DNA of 64,000 nucleotides from Patescibacteria group bacterium (GTDB lineage: Bacteria > Patescibacteriota > Minisyncoccia > Phycocordibacterales > WO2-35-19). Positions 9,201 to 14,625 of this stretch are shown piece after piece. The stretch is from NCBI GenBank assembly GCA_038056395.1, contig JBBUFS010000004.1, forward strand, positions 884 through 64,883, in the 5' to 3' direction. Positions within the stretch are counted from its first letter, which is position 1. Each line of letters begins with the position of its first letter. Position numbers and translations under genes: made by a program. The notes below the pieces were generated by a model that was not told where the DNA came from, ran no database searches, and saw only the letters and a list, made by a program, of their open reading frames with translations.

Positions 9201-11314
9201 GTTTTTAGAGGATATTTTGTGCGGACAAAATACGGATGAACAGCGGTAGTGCGTATGCTTTTGCCGGTAATAGTAGTAATCTTGTATAAATCCTTGATTC
9301 CCATATCCATCAAAGCGTTCACTCGCGACCAAATCAGCTTGCCTGTAATCTGGTCCATTGATTGAATCTCGTCTCCCGGCTCCACATCTTTGATCATCAC
9401 TTCATCATAAATGTATGCCCCTTTGCGTCTTCTCCTTCTCCTTAGTTTTGTGTCTGCCGTCACACAATGCGTCCCGACCGCAAATCCTCCGGCCGGACTT
9501 GTGGTTGCCACCCCCACCAATCCGTTTGCTGTAATAGTCAGAGCAGCCAGGGTAGAAGTGGCTGTGCCGTCAATAGTGGTGGTGGCGAAGTATAGATTAC
9601 CGCCTGCATTCCTCATTGTCCATTGAGCCACACCCGCTCCGGCGGAAAGCGAGAGTTGAGGAGCGGTGGAGGAGGCGACAGTGAGCAAATATTGAGGAGT
9701 GGTAGTGCCAAGACCGAGATTTTTAGAATTATTGTCCCAGACAAAATTACTATCAAATGAGAGATTGCCGCCGTTTGTCCAAAAAGCAGCCCTGTTTGCC
9801 GCGCCACTACCGGTCAGGCCGGCGCCCAGACCGAGGCAGGTGCCATCCATAGCGAAACAACCGTCAGAAATATCAAATCCTCCGGCTGATGTGGTAGTGC
9901 CGGTGCCATTGATAGCTAAATTGCCGCTAAAAGTAGAGGTGGCCGTGGAGGTGCCGGTAAAGTAGGCGCCAACAATTTGTCCCGCCACCGAAAGACTGGC
10001 GTATGGAGAAGTGGTGCCTATACCAAAATTAGTGCCGTCAAAAACAAAACCATCAGTATCGGTCAGGGCAGTGCCAAGCGCATTAGTGTGAATAATCCTG
10101 TTTGCTGTAAAAGCTGATGGCGTATCAGTGAGGGCCAGATAAGTGGAAGCTCCGGAACTGCTTGAGCTGCTAGAAGAACTAGAAGAACTGCCGGCTCTGC
10201 CAACAATTACATCATTTTGTCTGGATATATAATATCTGTTTACATTCGGCGCCAGAGGCGAAATCAAAAACCAATTTTTTAATTCTGCAATTTTAAAATC
10301 TACATATTCTTTGTCAGAGCCAGCCACAAAAACCGTTTTAGCTATTCTTCCTTCTTCTTCTGTTGTAAGAGAGGGTTGGAGTGAGTTATTTGAAATATTA
10401 TTTTCAACAATAATAGTTCCTCCATCTTTCAAAAACCAGGGCCTCACTATTTTATAAGCAGTATCTTTCATCCATCCAGAAATAGATTGCCATCCATCGA
10501 CAGAAAACAAAGAAGAAGCAAGTTGATTACTGCTTTGGTTTACATTTGAAATATTCTCTTTAAATTTTGAAAAATCATTTTGAAATTTATTTATATAAGG
10601 ACTATACAAAAAAGATATTTCTTCCTTGACTTGACCTCCAAAATGAGTTGGGATTGGATTTTTGAAATTTTCTTTACCAAAAATAAAGACTCCTGTAAGC
10701 AATAAAACAAGGGTAATAACGCTGGTATTTATAACAAACTTATCAAAGCTAGACCTCTTTGGGGACCTTTTTATCGCTTCCTCAACACCACTCAGAGCAA
10801 TGTATCTTGCCGTCCTTATATCAAATTTTTTTTCTAAAACCGGAAATAATTCTTTATCATCCTTATAATACAAGGGTTTTATCTCTCCGACATCTCGGGT
10901 ACTCGAGATACGCGATTTTACCTTTTTTTCCGTCAGTAATTCCCTTGGTAAAAAGGAGTCCTCCGAAACCATATTGTCGTCAAATACAGCAACTTTTTCC
11001 CACTTACTTTTTTCTTTATTTTTATCTTTTTCTTCTTCTAGATTTTCAACCTGATTCTCTGATTTTATCTCTAGACCATTTTTTTTTAGCCGGCGAGTTT
11101 TGAGAGTTTTCTTATGGGTTAGTAGATTTTTATTTTTATGATCCAAAATTTCATTTTCCAAAACATACCAGCTTCTACCAACCAAACTAGCAGTGATTTT
11201 TTTTGCTCTGCAAAGTTGTCCGATATAATCACTGGCATAACCAGTGATGTCAGCAGCTCGGCTTGCCGAGATGTATTTTTTACCTTTCAAATAAAGAGAC
11301 TTATTCACACACAT
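287..11314 (-). CDS. Giant membrane-anchored fibre/adhesin-like protein precursor with three inteins (3675 aa; ~2470 aa after splicing); true start probably GTG at 11308
   Basis: N-terminal HTH (YISASRAADITGYASDYIGQLCR...GRSWYV), TM helix at aa ~193-213, poly-Ser linker, many GNVGIGTT and RNAGGNLYFATTT repeats, ADMAEYF...GQVPVK domain, Pro/Thr/Glu tail; three C...HN/T Hint domains. Confidence 0.9.
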   Translation of the reverse strand: MCVNKSLYLKGKKYISASRAADITGYASDYIGQLCRAKKITASLVGRSWYVLENEILDHKNKNLLTHKKTLKTRRLKKNGLEIKSENQVENLEEEKDKNKEKSKWEKVAVFDDNMVSEDSFLPRELLTEKKVKSRISSTRDVGEIKPLYYKDDKELFPVLEKKFDIRTARYIALSGVEEAIKRSPKRSSFDKFVINTSVITLVLLLTGVFIFGKENFKNPIPTHFGGQVKEEISFLYSPYINKFQNDFSKFKENISNVNQSSNQLASSLFSVDGWQSISGWMKDTAYKIVRPWFLKDGGTIIVENNISNNSLQPSLTTEEEGRIAKTVFVAGSDKEYVDFKIAELKNWFLISPLAPNVNRYYISRQNDVIVGRAGSSSSSSSSSSSSGASTYLALTDTPSAFTANRIIHTNALGTALTDTDGFVFDGTNFGIGTTSPYASLSVAGQIVGAYFTGTSTATSTFSGNLAINGTGTTTSAGGFDISDGCFAMDGTCLGLGAGLTGSGAANRAAFWTNGGNLSFDSNFVWDNNSKNLGLGTTTPQYLLTVASSTAPQLSLSAGAGVAQWTMRNAGGNLYFATTTIDGTATSTLAALTITANGLVGVATTSPAGGFAVGTHCVTADTKLRRRRRRKGAYIYDEVMIKDVEPGDEIQSMDQITGKLIWSRVNALMDMGIKDLYKITTITGKSIRTTAVHPYFVRTKYPLKTNQKLYKFEADQSVKIENFNHDTVISVANQENSISVVIPREIKQNFKKRFKKSGKLYAILFAIGIKEALLKLKSTVHELVIDTEYIGHDKIIASIIKNQFADIEIHFAPIGKKSPAHFAAWGVHIGKKKADEKVGADATALLAQTENALRATVFSHKDESLVGSRALLESKYSKSENLVKDGVWRVAGDLRVGESVAVIHGERAAWEKVIEIKRLPAEKVYDIEVEGTHNFVGNDIIAHNTYLGGNLTVEGSASIPKLSNLTANGFVYTAGNDGTLNVAASSSIFGFTPLSSYDAWTHPLLGLSATTSQILIGTTTAASYQLTVSSSTSPQLSLSAGAGIGQWTFRNAGGNLYFATTTITGEATTTISALEIAGGGFGTTTIRGLDIIGQATSTSNVGINLSAGCFAINGICAGTGAGSVGASTLQGQVPFYDSVGTTLTATSSLFIAQSGNVGIGTTSPYSLLSISNNLNTAINTPLFTIASTTGGTATSTLFTVLANGNVGIRTASPIYPLEVNGSARVVTNLYIGTSGDYLNRSSSDYIGVSNKFFITSGGVANVPALAILGTGTGLFSPAANVLGFVTNQVERMRITSSGNVGIGTTTPQYRLTVASSTALTDGAGVAQWVTRNAGGNLYFATTTVDGTATSSIEALSIIGATGNVGIASSSPWAQLSINPTGILGPAFAIGSTTQCVTGDTRLRRRRRRNSKFKTRNSKQIPNPNDPNSKLSDFGFSASDLDTEYVYDNPTILDIEEGDEVQSLDTKTGKLVWSKVKQVVYTGKKEIYKLTTASGKSIRTTSEHPYFTQTKPEKLPVKPKLGVFYDNSNMFYAQKKAGWKIDFAKLKKELSKFFDLQFINFYTAIPKEGDESREKTLKYISFVEPYVNLITKPLKYIKTNKEINGKMAEVMEKKGDMDVELTLDVTETAKNLDAILVVSGDSDLLPLKKYSINKGKKIAFAGFENNMAWELRQILHINIDDYQNDLNLYQNTANGADKKQAPSTGLGVALLDTLYSKPPSLSSGGVWTKVKGLKEGQKIAVSGNKRSVWDVISKIEIMPEEKVYDIEIENTHNFVANGIVAHNTSFVVTNQGKTGVGTTTPFARLGIETQAGDIWGFAVGSSTKSLLSVSTEGFGTTTLAGLDISATATTTSNVGINLSAGCFAINNNCVGGGSGVSTFLALTDTDQTGFTANRIIHTNSGGNGLTDTDGFVFNGNLGIGTTSPLAKLSVSSYSDGASVVPLFVVASSTGASATSTYFIINSVGNVGVGTESPGLTTGVNKSLTISAGASENVLSSLELQGSRTTNTSFALIDFYHQTNRVASIASARAGADDAGALAFQTKPTGGAIATRMLIDSSGQIGIGTTTPQYRLTVASSTSLTDGAGVAQWITRNAGGNLYFATTTITGEATTTTSALTIIGATGNVGIASSSPWAQLSINPTGILGPAFAIGSTTQCVTGDTLLKIRRRRRKKYTDSDGEEFETDEYESLFVPIKDILPGDEVLSLNQKTGQFEYHIINGLLDTGVRTVYRLTTESGRYIETTGTHPYLVREKIGRPKSGAMAFIDYANIKSWLVKRGLTMNLEILIRTLKKIGIYDTRFYYGTDERNLNQPSFFNFLKKAGYSIITKPVQYFKISLSDLLDNDQNSRWLKACGEKIRNSILSEAKRLDDQGIELLEPKANFDVEIATDALRLAEDFNTLVLFSGDGDFAPLIKDLNALGKKVVIIAGRENLSGALTSLAHKYILLSRLGWTIEGLFQKIIGDKNSYKKPYPAPKTERGRGECVPSIANLFGLSSVSTDSNVDKKSILKWALNKVGIRIERNSPQIKDSWVKTSDLKEGQEIAVIETQTINHDEGKLQSLENNLNFEKIKKIEKLEEKQVYDIEVEGTHNFVAGHLKYKKSGKILSLEEEQKLLKKYNNDLRSMEFEHEWNDDPIEFGGIIAHNTSFVVTNGGNVGIGTANPLQKLHVNGTFLVGTPSVQSGAAAEIFGAYGTAQGDARSQLLVRSNSSDGAGISLGNSSAYNLAGIRAIRTSDTVTALIFWNRGGEDPVERMRINSQGNVGIGTTTMSSIARLTVASSTSLTDGAGIAQWITRNAGGNLYFATTTVDGTATTTTSALTIIGATGNVGIGATSSPYATLSVHAGAGMDSFIIGSSTNTFFRVNHLGDIWMSTSTATTTIVGGLDVGNGAITYDWSTGETAIDNLVLGAQSFDSDAGIVSWADMPVTSSASAGTIESYSASIDGLPLLTLYSESDGSGDTKNEGIAIGTSTPYARLTIWASSTAQDLLNIVNSASTTLLALNSAGNLGIGSTTPGYKMSVAGSGYFDGGTVTMANLIATSSISTPSLTLTGAAVNSLLSTNASGAIVATSTPTFGNFNATSTIATSTIAGGLAIEGSGFVYDFSSNNVGIGTAAPGALFSLQGAGTAKDLLTIASSSISGNIITISQWGGFTQKISSSTAFSIQMASGTPVFEVDTTAGSTNAGVDITAATGQTANLLNMYSSGGTFLSGFTAEGGLWMNLSSTTALNLYDGLGAAAFVVDSTNSAVGIGTSTLAYDFTVQGNQASTYIARIDNANTGADADGLLITLGVANASRTTGNYFVAFADGTQTVGGKIQGNGASVVAFTTSAADMAEYFRISDLNNKPKFGEIVALDRTKDKSVVRAGSVSQGGTLGNAPKVPPWEAEPLGIVSTNPGFIGNGPICFVNDADCDQNYNQYNVLVSIAGQVPVKISNENGAIEIGDYLALSSTTPGVAVKMIESGYIVGVAVGGATSTAFYTPESDTASSTSYTEETVMAYIKSGWREVESAKTLVSADGASVMDVPSKWFGLFEFLKQIGMEIGNGFVKITKLITGSLVADKVETKELCIDNVCVNKEQLAAMIASSGIAPAPTATTTPDTTPPTIEEPTPSTDSGQAASTTPPIIEEPIATTTPNSAEASLGKPEIIPEPIPEPVPVTEPPLETPSAVVEPTPEPIVEPAP
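404..433 (-). repeat. 30-bp REP-like element in-frame in giant CDS (NSAEASLGK)
   Basis: cccaactccgctgaagcttcgctgggcaag; homologous to 13998..14027 and 46114..46143. Confidence 0.65.
484..505 (-). repeat. Short REP-like element in-frame (PSTDSGQA)
   Basis: ccttcgactgactcagggcaag; shares the gggcaag end with the 30-bp family. Confidence 0.4.
820..1345 (-). other. Peptidase_G2-like intramolecular chaperone/autocleavage domain of the giant protein
   Basis: SAADMAEYF...GEIVALD...LGIVSTNPG...AGQVPVK...GDYL...G.A motif order as in tailspike chaperone domains; recognised by eye. Confidence 0.6.
1178..1226. repeat. Perfect 18-bp inverted repeat in-frame in giant CDS (SQGGTLGNAPKVPPWE)
   Basis: ttcccaaggtggcacctt-N13-aaggtgccaccttgggaa; shares ctttggggca and tgggaa/tgggag ends with elements at 17561 and 26228. 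Confidence 0.8.
3841..3868 (+). promoter_or_regulatory. Antisense sigma70 promoter inside intein 3
   Basis: TTGACA (3841-3846)-N16-TATACT (3863-3868); perfect TTATCCACA at 3813-3821 just upstream. Confidence 0.65.
3875..3922 (+). ncRNA. Candidate ~48-nt sRNA with intrinsic terminator, antisense inside intein 3
   Basis: 12-bp stem tgcctcgttccg-tttt-cggagcggggta (with G-U pairs), then tggtttttt, directly after the promoter. Confidence 0.55.
3988..4543 (-). other. NYN (LabA/DUF88, PIN-fold) nuclease domain within intein 3
   Basis: DYAN, YYG, KANFDVEI, SGDGDF and GKKV motifs; acidic catalytic residues present. Confidence 0.85.
6151..6179 (+). promoter_or_regulatory. Antisense sigma70 promoter inside intein 2
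   Basis: TTGACA (6151-6156)-N17-TAGAGT (6174-6179). Confidence 0.6.
6186..6226 (+). ncRNA. Candidate ~41-nt sRNA with intrinsic terminator, antisense inside intein 2
   Basis: Stem ccccaagc-cctgt-gcttgggg followed by cttgtttttt, directly after the promoter. Confidence 0.55.
6272..6760 (-). other. NYN (LabA/DUF88, PIN-fold) nuclease domain within intein 2
   Basis: DNSN, FYT, KGDMDVEL, SGDSDL, GKK and AWEL motifs. Confidence 0.85.
6995..7090. repeat. Heptamer-periodic low-complexity element in-frame in intein 2
   Basis: aaatccg units followed by ggaattt/gaatttc-like units; encodes NSKFKTRNSKQIPNPNDPNSKLSDFGFSASDL, which is absent from inteins 1 and 3. Confidence 0.6.
8664..8691 (+). promoter_or_regulatory. 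Antisense sigma70 promoter inside intein 1
   Basis: TTGACA (8664-8669)-N16-TATACT (8686-8691), with extended -10 TGn. Confidence 0.65.
8698..8772 (+). ncRNA. Candidate ~75-nt nested-stem sRNA antisense inside intein 1
   Basis: Outer stem gaagcgctc/gggcgtttt, inner gagc/gctc, hairpin tctcgt-ctttgt-gcgaga, U-rich end. Confidence 0.45.
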
Positions 11315-11341
11315 ATTATACTATCTCGGCTTGCCGAGATG
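11257..11341 (-). promoter_or_regulatory. Promoter of the giant gene with a duplicated palindromic operator
   Basis: -10 TATAAT at 11320-11315, 7 nt before GTG 11308 (leaderless); palindrome atctcggc-tt-gccgagat at 11323-11340; 17-bp copy ctcggcttgccgagatg at 11257-11273 inside the CDS. Confidence 0.6.
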
Positions 11342-11512
11342 AATAAAAAAGGTGGGGATAATTTAAAATAAATTTAAAATTTTTAGTTTCTAATTTTCAA
11401 ACAATTTCTAATTTCAAAATATCATATTAAATTACTAACAAAACAGACATTGGTTAATCAATGTATAATCAGCTATTTATTCATTAATAAATAATAAATT
11501 TTAAATTAAAAA

Positions 11513-11548
11513 AATTCTTAAAACTCTTATTAAAGAGTTTTAAGAATT
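11513..11548. repeat. Perfect 16-bp inverted repeat in the divergent intergenic region, next to DnaA-box-like sites
   Basis: aattcttaaaactctt-atta-aagagttttaagaatt; TTATCCACA at 11547-11555, TTATTCACA at 11573-11581. Confidence 0.6.
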
Positions 11549-11626
11549 ATCCACATTACTAAACTTGCATATTTATTCACAATTATATTATAATGTTTAT
11601 ATAGGTTTAATAATGTTTAATTTTTA

Positions 11627-11890
11627 TTGATTTTAAATAATAATATGAATAAATATATAACAATTAAAGACGCTTCTAATATATTAGGTATGTCTAAGAT
11701 CACCCTTAGAAATTGGGACAAGTCCGGCAAGCTCAAGGCCCACCGCCATCCCTTTAATAATTACAGAGTCTATAAATTGGAGGACATTGACAAAGTATTG
11801 GAAATGATTGAGAGTAATATTTTCATCATAAAAAAGAAAAAGAATGAGATTCGCAAGTTGGCTGTTCGCCACTTAGAAGAAAATCAGTAG
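11627..11890 (+). CDS. MerR-family/excisionase-like HTH DNA-binding protein (likely start ATG 11645)
   Basis: YITIKDASNILGMSKITLRNWDKSGKL...HP.NNYRVY motif. Confidence 0.85.
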   Translation: MILNNNMNKYITIKDASNILGMSKITLRNWDKSGKLKAHRHPFNNYRVYKLEDIDKVLEMIESNIFIIKKKKNEIRKLAVRHLEENQ

Positions 11891-12399
11891 AGAAAGAGTG
11901 AAAGAAAAAAAGTAAATTTTTCTAAACAATTAGGTAATTTAAATAAAAAAAATATGGTTTTAAAATTATTGGATTTTAGTTTTTAGATATTCCATTTCAG
12001 TTTCAGAAAATACAACAAAACTTTTAATCAAAATTCATCTTCCTTTCTTATTTTTCCCTTCTTTTTTATTTTAAGTGCGGCATAATTAGATTGCTAATTT
12101 GCTGTGATTTTTTTATATAATGAACCAATTCAGATTTTATTTCTTTATAGATTCTCTACAAATTTGATTTTGAAGCAAAAACTTCCTTCTCTCTCCGATC
12201 AAATAAGATTAAACCTTTTGCAAAATTATAAAGAAGATTTCTTTTTTTATTCCAATTGGTCCAATATTAAACAAAAGACTAGCTGGCACAATAATTGGAT
12301 TTTAAATTAGCTCAATCTTACATAAAAAACTACATTTAATAACACCGCTATACAACATTTTCTATATAACATTTTACAATATTTCTATACAAAAATCTA

Positions 12400-12443
12400 T
12401 ACTAAACGCTCAGCGTCTAATATTAGACGCTGAGCGTTTAGTA
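12400..12443. repeat. Perfect 44-bp palindrome (REP doublet) upstream of RAYT
   Basis: tactaaacgctcagcgtctaat|attagacgctgagcgtttagta; each half contains acgct-N-agcgt; followed by TTATCCACA at 12445-12453. Confidence 0.85.
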
Positions 12444-12497
12444 GTTATCCACAAGATAAAAATTAAACAGGAGTCCCCTTGTTATAATAAATGCACT

Positions 12498-13151
12498 ATG
12501 AGATACGAAAATTTTGCGGAGAATGAGCACTATCATATATTTGGCAGAGGAATTAATAAAGAAAAAATATTTATTGATGAACAAGATCGAATAAGATTTA
12601 TATTTTTAATCACCCATTTCCAATCCCCTATCAAAATATATAACATATCTTGGTACACTAAGGCCTTTATTAAAAGCGGTTCTTTTAATTTTAGTGCCAA
12701 AAAGAGCGGAACAGAAGAAATACTTAAAAAAAGAAATGTTGAGCTAGTGGCTTTTGCTTTAATGCCAAATCATTTTCATATTTTGATTAAAAATTTAGAG
12801 GATCGTATCCTCTCTGTCTATATGCACCGAATCCTGACCGCTTACAGCAAATATTTTAATGCCAAGTATAATAAAAAAGGTCATGTTTTTGAAGGACCCT
12901 TCGGGGCAGTGTTGGTTGAAAATAATAATCAACTTTTGCACCTATCCGCCTATATCCACAAGAACCCAAAGGAAATTAAGGAGTGGACGAACAATTATGA
13001 TAAATATCCATATTCAAGCTATCAAGATTACATTGGTTCAAACAGATGGGGAGACCTTCTTGTCACTGATATAATCTTAAAACAATTCAAAGACTGGGTT
13101 AAATATAAGGATTTTGTTTCCACTAGTGTGGCTAAAGAGCCCTTATTTTAA
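12498..13151 (+). CDS. REP-associated tyrosine transposase (RAYT, Y1 HUH family)
   Basis: YHIFGRG...IF, LMPNHFHIL (HUH), F..P, YIHKNP and YSSY motifs; adjacent palindrome. Confidence 0.85.
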   Translation: MRYENFAENEHYHIFGRGINKEKIFIDEQDRIRFIFLITHFQSPIKIYNISWYTKAFIKSGSFNFSAKKSGTEEILKKRNVELVAFALMPNHFHILIKNLEDRILSVYMHRILTAYSKYFNAKYNKKGHVFEGPFGAVLVENNNQLLHLSAYIHKNPKEIKEWTNNYDKYPYSSYQDYIGSNRWGDLLVTDIILKQFKDWVKYKDFVSTSVAKEPLF

Positions 13152-14594
13152 GCCTGTTTGAGTGATAATTTTTTCAAAAATATCTTTAAGTTTTTGGGGA
13201 TTAGCCGAACCACCGGTAGTTTTCATTCCCTGACCAATTAAAAAATGTAGGGCCGAAGCTTTGCCACTTTTGTATTCCAAAACCACATTTTGATTTTCTG
13301 ATATTATTTTGCTTGCCACCTTGGTGAGTTCTTCCTCATTACTTTTTTGAAATAACCCCCCTTCCTCCACTATGATTTTAGGATCTCGTTCATTTTCTAT
13401 CATTTTACCAAGTATACCTTTGGCTCCACGAGAAGAAATTTCTCCAGCAACAACCATAGAGATAAGATTTGAAAGATGTTTGGGTTTTATAGAGAACCCA
13501 TTTTTGCCAAAACTCGCGATATCACTCACTATATAATTAGAGAGTAACTGAAAATCTTTTTGATCTAGATCAACTGAAGTTTCTTCAAACAAAACGCCAA
13601 ATTTGGGATAAGAAATATAAAAAATAACATCACTCTCTTTTAAGCCATAATCTTTTTTGAATCTCTCTCTTTTTTGGACTGGGGTCTCTTTTATTTCACG
13701 ACGCAAAATTTCTTCGCTAAATTCAGGGAGCTCGCTTAATTTAAGTTTAGGTAAATCAGGGTCTGAAAAATATCGGTAGTCATGGGAATCTTCTTTTGAC
13801 CTTTGTGAAAATGTTATTTGTTTTTTGTCGTCCCAACCCCTGGTCTCCTGAACCACTTTTTTTACTTCACTTCGTTCAGCGCCTTCGGTCTCTTCTAAAA
13901 GTTCAGTTTGTCTTTTAATTTCGTATTCTATGGCTCTTTCAGCAGAACGAAAGGAATTTAGGTTTTTTACTTCTACTTTAGTTCCCAATTTTTTCACCCC
14001 CACTTCGTCAAGACTTCGCGGGGCAAGTGAAATATTGGCTTCAAGCCTCATTTCTCCCTTCTCCATATTAGCTTCGGCTATCCCCAAATATTGCAAAAGA
14101 AGCTGCAGTTCTTGACCAAATTTAACAACTTCGCCGGATGAATGCATTACCGGTTCTGTCACTAGCTCCAAAAGAGGTACTCCGGCCCGATTGAAATCAA
14201 CCAAACTATTTTCGCCTTGGTGAATAGATTTGGCCGTGTCTTCTTCCAGATGAATTCTGGTTATTTTAACTCCAGCAAGTTCGCCGCCAGACACAAGCGG
14301 ATGCTTGTATTGGCTGATTTGATAACCTTTTGGTATATCCGGATAGAAATAATTTTTGCGGTCAAATTCAGAAAAATCAGCCAGTTCCCCTTTCACTGCA
14401 AGCCCTACTCTTAAAACCTGCTTGACCGCTTCTTTATTTATAACTGGCAAAGTACCAGGCTGGCCGGTGCAAATTGGGCAAATATTCACATTGGGGTTTT
14501 TTTCATCCGTATCGTTCTTGCATGAACAGAACATTTTAGTATCAGTTTTCAGTTCAGCGTGTACTTCAAGACCTATAGTGGGTTTATATTCCAT
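13143..14594 (-). CDS. gatB: Asp-tRNA(Asn)/Glu-tRNA(Gln) amidotransferase subunit B
   Basis: IGLEVHAEL, FDRKNYFYPD.PKGYQISQ, RIHLEED, NRAGVPLLELVTEP, EVKNLNS. Confidence 0.97.
   Translation of the reverse strand: MEYKPTIGLEVHAELKTDTKMFCSCKNDTDEKNPNVNICPICTGQPGTLPVINKEAVKQVLRVGLAVKGELADFSEFDRKNYFYPDIPKGYQISQYKHPLVSGGELAGVKITRIHLEEDTAKSIHQGENSLVDFNRAGVPLLELVTEPVMHSSGEVVKFGQELQLLLQYLGIAEANMEKGEMRLEANISLAPRSLDEVGVKKLGTKVEVKNLNSFRSAERAIEYEIKRQTELLEETEGAERSEVKKVVQETRGWDDKKQITFSQRSKEDSHDYRYFSDPDLPKLKLSELPEFSEEILRREIKETPVQKRERFKKDYGLKESDVIFYISYPKFGVLFEETSVDLDQKDFQLLSNYIVSDIASFGKNGFSIKPKHLSNLISMVVAGEISSRGAKGILGKMIENERDPKIIVEEGGLFQKSNEEELTKVASKIISENQNVVLEYKSGKASALHFLIGQGMKTTGGSANPQKLKDIFEKIITQTGLK
13998..14027 (+). 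repeat. 30-bp REP-like element in-frame in gatB (LAPRSLDEVG)
   Basis: ccccacttcgtcaagacttcgcggggcaag; homologous to 404..433 and 46114..46143. Confidence 0.65.
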
Positions 14595-14625
14595 AAATAC
14601 AGATTAGACGATTGGGTCAATAAGG

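Larger units (their letters stand above)
8483..9466 (-). mobile_element. Intein 1 (328 aa, aa 617-944) carrying an unknown, putatively RNase H-like cargo
   Basis: CVTADT, TTAVHPY, WRVAGDLRVG, VYDIEVEGTHNF, IIAHN, +1 Thr; cargo EADQSVKIE...IDTEY...IGKKSPAH. Confidence 0.9.

Noticed and set aside
3392-9466. Homing endonucleases in the inteins
   Set aside because: No LAGLIDADG, HNH or GIY-YIG motifs; the inserts match NYN or are unknown.
3392-9466. Group I/II introns or IS elements as the insertions
   Set aside because: The reading frame is continuous, boundaries are protein-level intein motifs, and no terminal repeats or RT were seen.
10155-10192. Poly-Ser tract as a phase-variable repeat
   Set aside because: Mixed Ser codons; an ordinary flexible linker.
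306-11371. Many + strand ORFs of 60-177 aa opposite the giant gene
   Set aside because: Antisense shadows of a Thr/Ser/Gly-rich frame with no motifs. The antisense promoters in inteins 2 and 3 are followed by terminators within ~50 nt, so they would not express these ORFs.
11900-12340. 68-aa ORF at 12104..12310 or a hidden gene
   Set aside because: AT-rich low-complexity sequence, weak start, no motifs; a decayed gene cannot be excluded but is unsupported.
12498-13151. IS200/IS605 element
   Set aside because: No tnpB, no right-end hairpin, and the 3' end overlaps gatB; motifs fit RAYT better.
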